Both the position numbers and the translations under genes were made by a program. Below, in pieces: positions 60,363 through 64,000 of a stretch of 64,000 nt of DNA (position 1 is the first letter of the stretch; each line of letters begins with the position of its first letter). Source of the stretch: Marsupella aquatica (Eukaryota > Plantae > Marchantiophyta); assembly GCA_973895155.1 (NCBI GenBank), contig OZ316891.1, positions 16,123,137 to 16,187,136 of the forward strand, written 5' to 3'. A model generated the notes under the pieces. The model was given only the letters and a program-made list of their open reading frames with translations. It was not told where the DNA came from and ran no database searches.

Positions 60363-61548
60363 AAAGGCTCACCATTCTAGTATACGTTCAACGGGTATGT
60401 ATGAGTTGTCGTATCGCAATGGTAACTTAGTTTTAGGTAGCACCCGACGCTATTAAACAATGGTTTTGTGGAAAATGTTGTTCTTCCATGTCTAACAATT
60501 TTTAACTTCAAAGCGAAGTTCACATTTGTGTTCAACAAGGCTCAAAGTTTTATGTGTTGCACAAAAAACTTCTTATTTCACCGCTATTGACTTAAGGTTC
60601 TATGAATTTCATTGTATGGATTGTGGAGATGTTAATTTTGTCTGATCGTCACGTGACCTTAAGTTTGGGTAGCGCCCAGTGCTAGTAAACATTTCTTTAC
60701 TTGGTTCCTGTTAGAGCTATTAAATGCGTCTTTTGATAATTGTTGTTTTCCCCATCATATTGCATTTTATGTTGAAATTGACCTCTTTGGTTTTGTCCAG
60801 AATTATTTTGTTTATTTGGATGATAGTACCAAATCTCCTGTTTCATTCCGCTCTTTTTCCTGTTATGATCATTGTTGTTTCCTGTTTCCTGTCACGGAGG
60901 TTGGGCCCTTTGCTGATTCTCCGATGTTTTCTTCTCTAACTCTTCTGCCTTTGCATTTGCTGCAATGAATTACTGTTCTCTACTATTCCAGAAATGTTGG
61001 TCCAGTGCGTTGCTCATCCCTTGGTAGATTGCTACCTGCCGAATGATTTGTCCCGTCATGGTGGTGAAGATGCTGCTTCTTCTAATGTTTTTGATCTCTT
61101 CTCTTAGCTTCTCGATCCCAATTACACTTTGTACCGTCTGTACCTCAAGCGTGGAGCAAGTTTCTATCGCGTATCTAATGTCGGTATCCTCTATGGCTTC
61201 GGAAATGTGTGATGCCTAGCCAGGAATCACTAGGACGGTTTACATGGTAAAAGCAAGAGTGTACCCTAGAAACACCTTAGTATAGTAACAAGACAAGGAA
61301 AATATAAACAATTAAGGGTGACTATGGAACCCGGGCCGAGGCCGGAAGTAAGGACGCCGGGGGAGAGAACACGATTAGGAATAGGGCGCGCTAAGTGTCG
61401 GCGGCTAGGGGTGACCAACGGGAAAGAAGACCAGAGGAGGAGTGGGGTAAGGACCGCTCGCGAGGAATAGTGGCTCATTTGCAAGCACGAACTGGGCAGA
61501 CGACTACGGGAGGCCAAATACTGTCAGCTGCTTAGGCAAGCACTCTGG

Positions 61549-62487
61549 GTGGGAACAGATACCAACGATCGAGTCAAGGAGGGTATGAGCAACATCAATC
61601 AAGCGGCACATTTTTGGGGATACCTGTTCAAACGGGCAACTGAGTACATTGGGACTTACGAGGACAAAGAATCGGAGAGAGCAGCTCGAGAATGGCAGGA
61701 GCTCGCTCAACTGTGGGAGCTGCAGAAGTCTGCCTTCTTAGGAGGAGAACTCATCAAGGCTGAGTTCTTGTGGACTCCTACTGCCAATCAGCTCGATGAC
61801 CTTCTGTTTTGCGAAGACAGAATCGTCGGCATTCGGGAAGCCATCAACCGCTGCAACGACGCGCACTGGGAGTTGAAGGGTAGCACGAAAGGGTGGACAA
61901 AGGCAACTGTGCTAGGAGAAACATCCACGGCAGCCGAGATGAAGAGGAAAGGAAACAACAACAGAGAGGCCACCCCAGCAAAAAGAACGAGGTCGGCGGC
62001 ACCAAGGAAACCAGTAGAGCAGCAGAATAGGAGGCAGGGAGAAGCCAAAGAGGAGGAGGTCAATCCCAACAATGCCATTCCAACAAATGATGGCACCTGG
62101 AAAGGCTGGGCGGTGACCCTACCAGAGGAAGTGCAATTACATTTTGCACGGGAGGAGGATGCATGCTTTACGGCCATGCAGACCAAGAAGTACCAGGGCT
62201 TCATGGCCGGATCCGGCTTGGAAGCCTTCGTAAGATTACCATGGTTGAAGCCGGACTCAGACTTATTAGAATTTGCGGGATCATGGGAACCCGAGACCAA
62301 TTCCACGAGGGTGTATGGGAAGGATTTCTATCTCACTCCCCGGGTGATTTCCGAGGTGTTTGGCTTGCCGATGGGTAATAAGACCAAGGTTGATACCAGG
62401 AAGACCTTACCTGACAAGGAGTTCCCGTCGTTCCCAGGACCATCAACGAAGAATGGATTCTTCCGGTGTCGTCGAGATGGAAAATAG
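61549..62487 (+). CDS. Hypothetical TE accessory protein with a plant-mobile-domain-like segment
   Basis: SGLEAFVRLPW...LLEFAGSW...T.VYGKDFYLTPRVISEVFGLP resembles the PMD/plant transposon protein motif. True start uncertain. Confidence 0.45.
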   Translation: MGTDTNDRVKEGMSNINQAAHFWGYLFKRATEYIGTYEDKESERAAREWQELAQLWELQKSAFLGGELIKAEFLWTPTANQLDDLLFCEDRIVGIREAINRCNDAHWELKGSTKGWTKATVLGETSTAAEMKRKGNNNREATPAKRTRSAAPRKPVEQQNRRQGEAKEEEVNPNNAIPTNDGTWKGWAVTLPEEVQLHFAREEDACFTAMQTKKYQGFMAGSGLEAFVRLPWLKPDSDLLEFAGSWEPETNSTRVYGKDFYLTPRVISEVFGLPMGNKTKVDTRKTLPDKEFPSFPGPSTKNGFFRCRRDGK

Positions 62488-64000
62488 AGGAGGGGAAGTG
62501 AAGGCCTTATTTTTGAGTTGGAGGTATTTGATGAAGGAATGCAATTTGGGTGAGATTTTTGTTGTGGTAGGAAAACAGTAATAAGACAAAAGAAAAATAG
62601 AGAAACCAGTTTTGCCAAGGCTTAAAAGGGCTTTAATGACAGAATTGTGAGAAGATGACACATGGAGGCCTATGTGCGCTCGGGCATAAAGGGCAGTTTG
62701 AGTTGACGCGCGGATGGGGAATGGAAGTGAATAAGGAGGAAGAAACGGCCGAAAGAAGGTGTGGGGTAGTTATCAAGCTTTTTTGGGGAAAAGGGAAAGG
62801 GGAGCGAAGAAAAGAAAACGGCCGATCTGGCATAGCTGTGGTGATGGGCGGGGAGTGATGTGTGTGCGCCAAGGAGTTCAGAGAGAAAAAGGAGTGAGAT
62901 TTAGCCGGAAGGACGTGGGTGTGGTATGGAAGGTCTTAAAGTTTTTTTTTCGAGTGGCGGAGGCGTGTGGTCGTTACTTGTCTGGTCGCAACTGCTATGG
63001 AAGTAACGGAGGTGATCGTTACAGTGGAGGGAGTGGTTGATGAGGTTCGGCGATAGAATGAAGGGACGTTCGTGGAAACATGGTGAAAGTTAAATTTTTG
63101 CAGGAAGGAAAGGAAGGCAATGAATGGAGGAATGGAGAAATGCTGATGCGCGTGATCGGATTTGAGAGCTTTCGAGTAAAGGGGACTTCAGGATCAAAGA
63201 GGACGGAAAACAAAAACGGAACGAGTGAACGAACGTAGGAGGATATGGAGAGATGAAGAATTGAGGCAGTGACGAGAAAAAGGCGAAGAGAGGTGGAGGT
63301 GCGCGATCTGAGTTCAGAGCTTTTTGAGTGAACAGAGAATTTTGGTTGAAGAGAGGGAATGGAAATGGCGATAGTAGATATTGAATTGAATAAGCAAACA
63401 AAGAAAAAAATGGAAGGTGAGTGATGATGCGAATTCAAGAATCCAGGGAAGAACGGAAATTGAAGTGTATGAATGAGCGCGATCAGTGGAGAGCTTGAGA
63501 AGAAAACTTTTGGGATACAAGAACGAGTTGCGATGGCAGAGATTTAGCCAGACAAACAATGAGCTGTGAAAAAGCTGAAGATTAGCTTGGGAGAAGACTG
63601 ATGTCATTCTGAAAGCTGTCGTAAAACAATTTTTTTCCATATGAAAAGAAAGTTGATAAGTGCCGAGTTAAGAAAGAGATAAGGACGACAGAGAAAAAGA
63701 GTTCACAAGTTGTTGATGTCGAGGAGAGCTCGTAAGGGAGAAAAGGGAAGACAGCAGAAGACTTGTGACAATAACAAGAAAAGTCAAAAGGAGGTTGATG
63801 CGCATTTGAAAGCACAAAGAAAATAAAAATAAAAATGCAGAGGTGAGGTGGGGCGAGAGAGAAGTTCAAACATGGAAAGGAACAGCGCTGGTGTAGATGA
63901 AGATTGAATAAGAGACAAGCGCCCGATCATTGAAACCGATGAAGAAGGGATTTCGAGAAGTGTTTAAGGCAGACAAGGAAAATGTAAAGGAATTGAAAGT

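Larger units (their letters stand above)
45991..60686. repeat. Dispersed palindrome TAGCGCCNGGCGCTA, copy-B and fragment set
   Basis: Copies at ~45991, 46375, 46614, 47437, 48557, 48619, 48671, 49515, 51014, 52207, 52269, 52365, 52509, 56341, 58650, 58711, 60438, 60670. None seen in exons or inside the LTR insertion. Confidence 0.9.
46209..60896. mobile_element. Copy B of the MULE/SWIM-transposase + ParB-methyltransferase element (with a 3.66-kb LTR insertion)
   Basis: Short inverted ends TGACAGGAAACA (46210) and TGTTTCCTGTCA (~60883-60894); divergent gene pair; about 17 palindromes; no clean TSD seen. Confidence 0.72.

Overview
Eukaryotic, plant-type window made almost entirely of nested transposable elements. 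A non-seed land plant such as a liverwort is a plausible source, but that is inference. Conventional content: two degraded L1-type LINEs, a decayed chromodomain Ty3/gypsy fragment, and three ~2.5-kb solo LTRs of one family. There is also a very young intact 14.8-kb Ty3/gypsy element whose 4.1-kb LTRs each contain a complete 618-aa ORF, and a young 3.66-kb non-autonomous LTR element carrying host-gene fragments (an STR-like ABCG exon and a BPC-like alanine zipper). The main discovery candidate is a DNA element present as two diverged copies (1-7100, left end outside the window; ~46209-60896) plus a third terminal fragment (45811-46195). Each copy has two head-to-head intron-containing genes. 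One encodes a GCM/WRKY-like Zn-finger + MULE-type DDE + SWIM transposase. The other encodes a ParB/Srx-like N-terminal domain, followed in copy B by a prokaryotic-type beta-class N4C/N6A DNA methyltransferase domain. About 29 copies of the palindrome TAGCGCC-N-GGCGCTA lie in this family's introns, intergenic and subterminal DNA, and I saw none elsewhere in the window. Both copies are now pseudogenised. All domain calls are by motif recognition only; no database searches were run.
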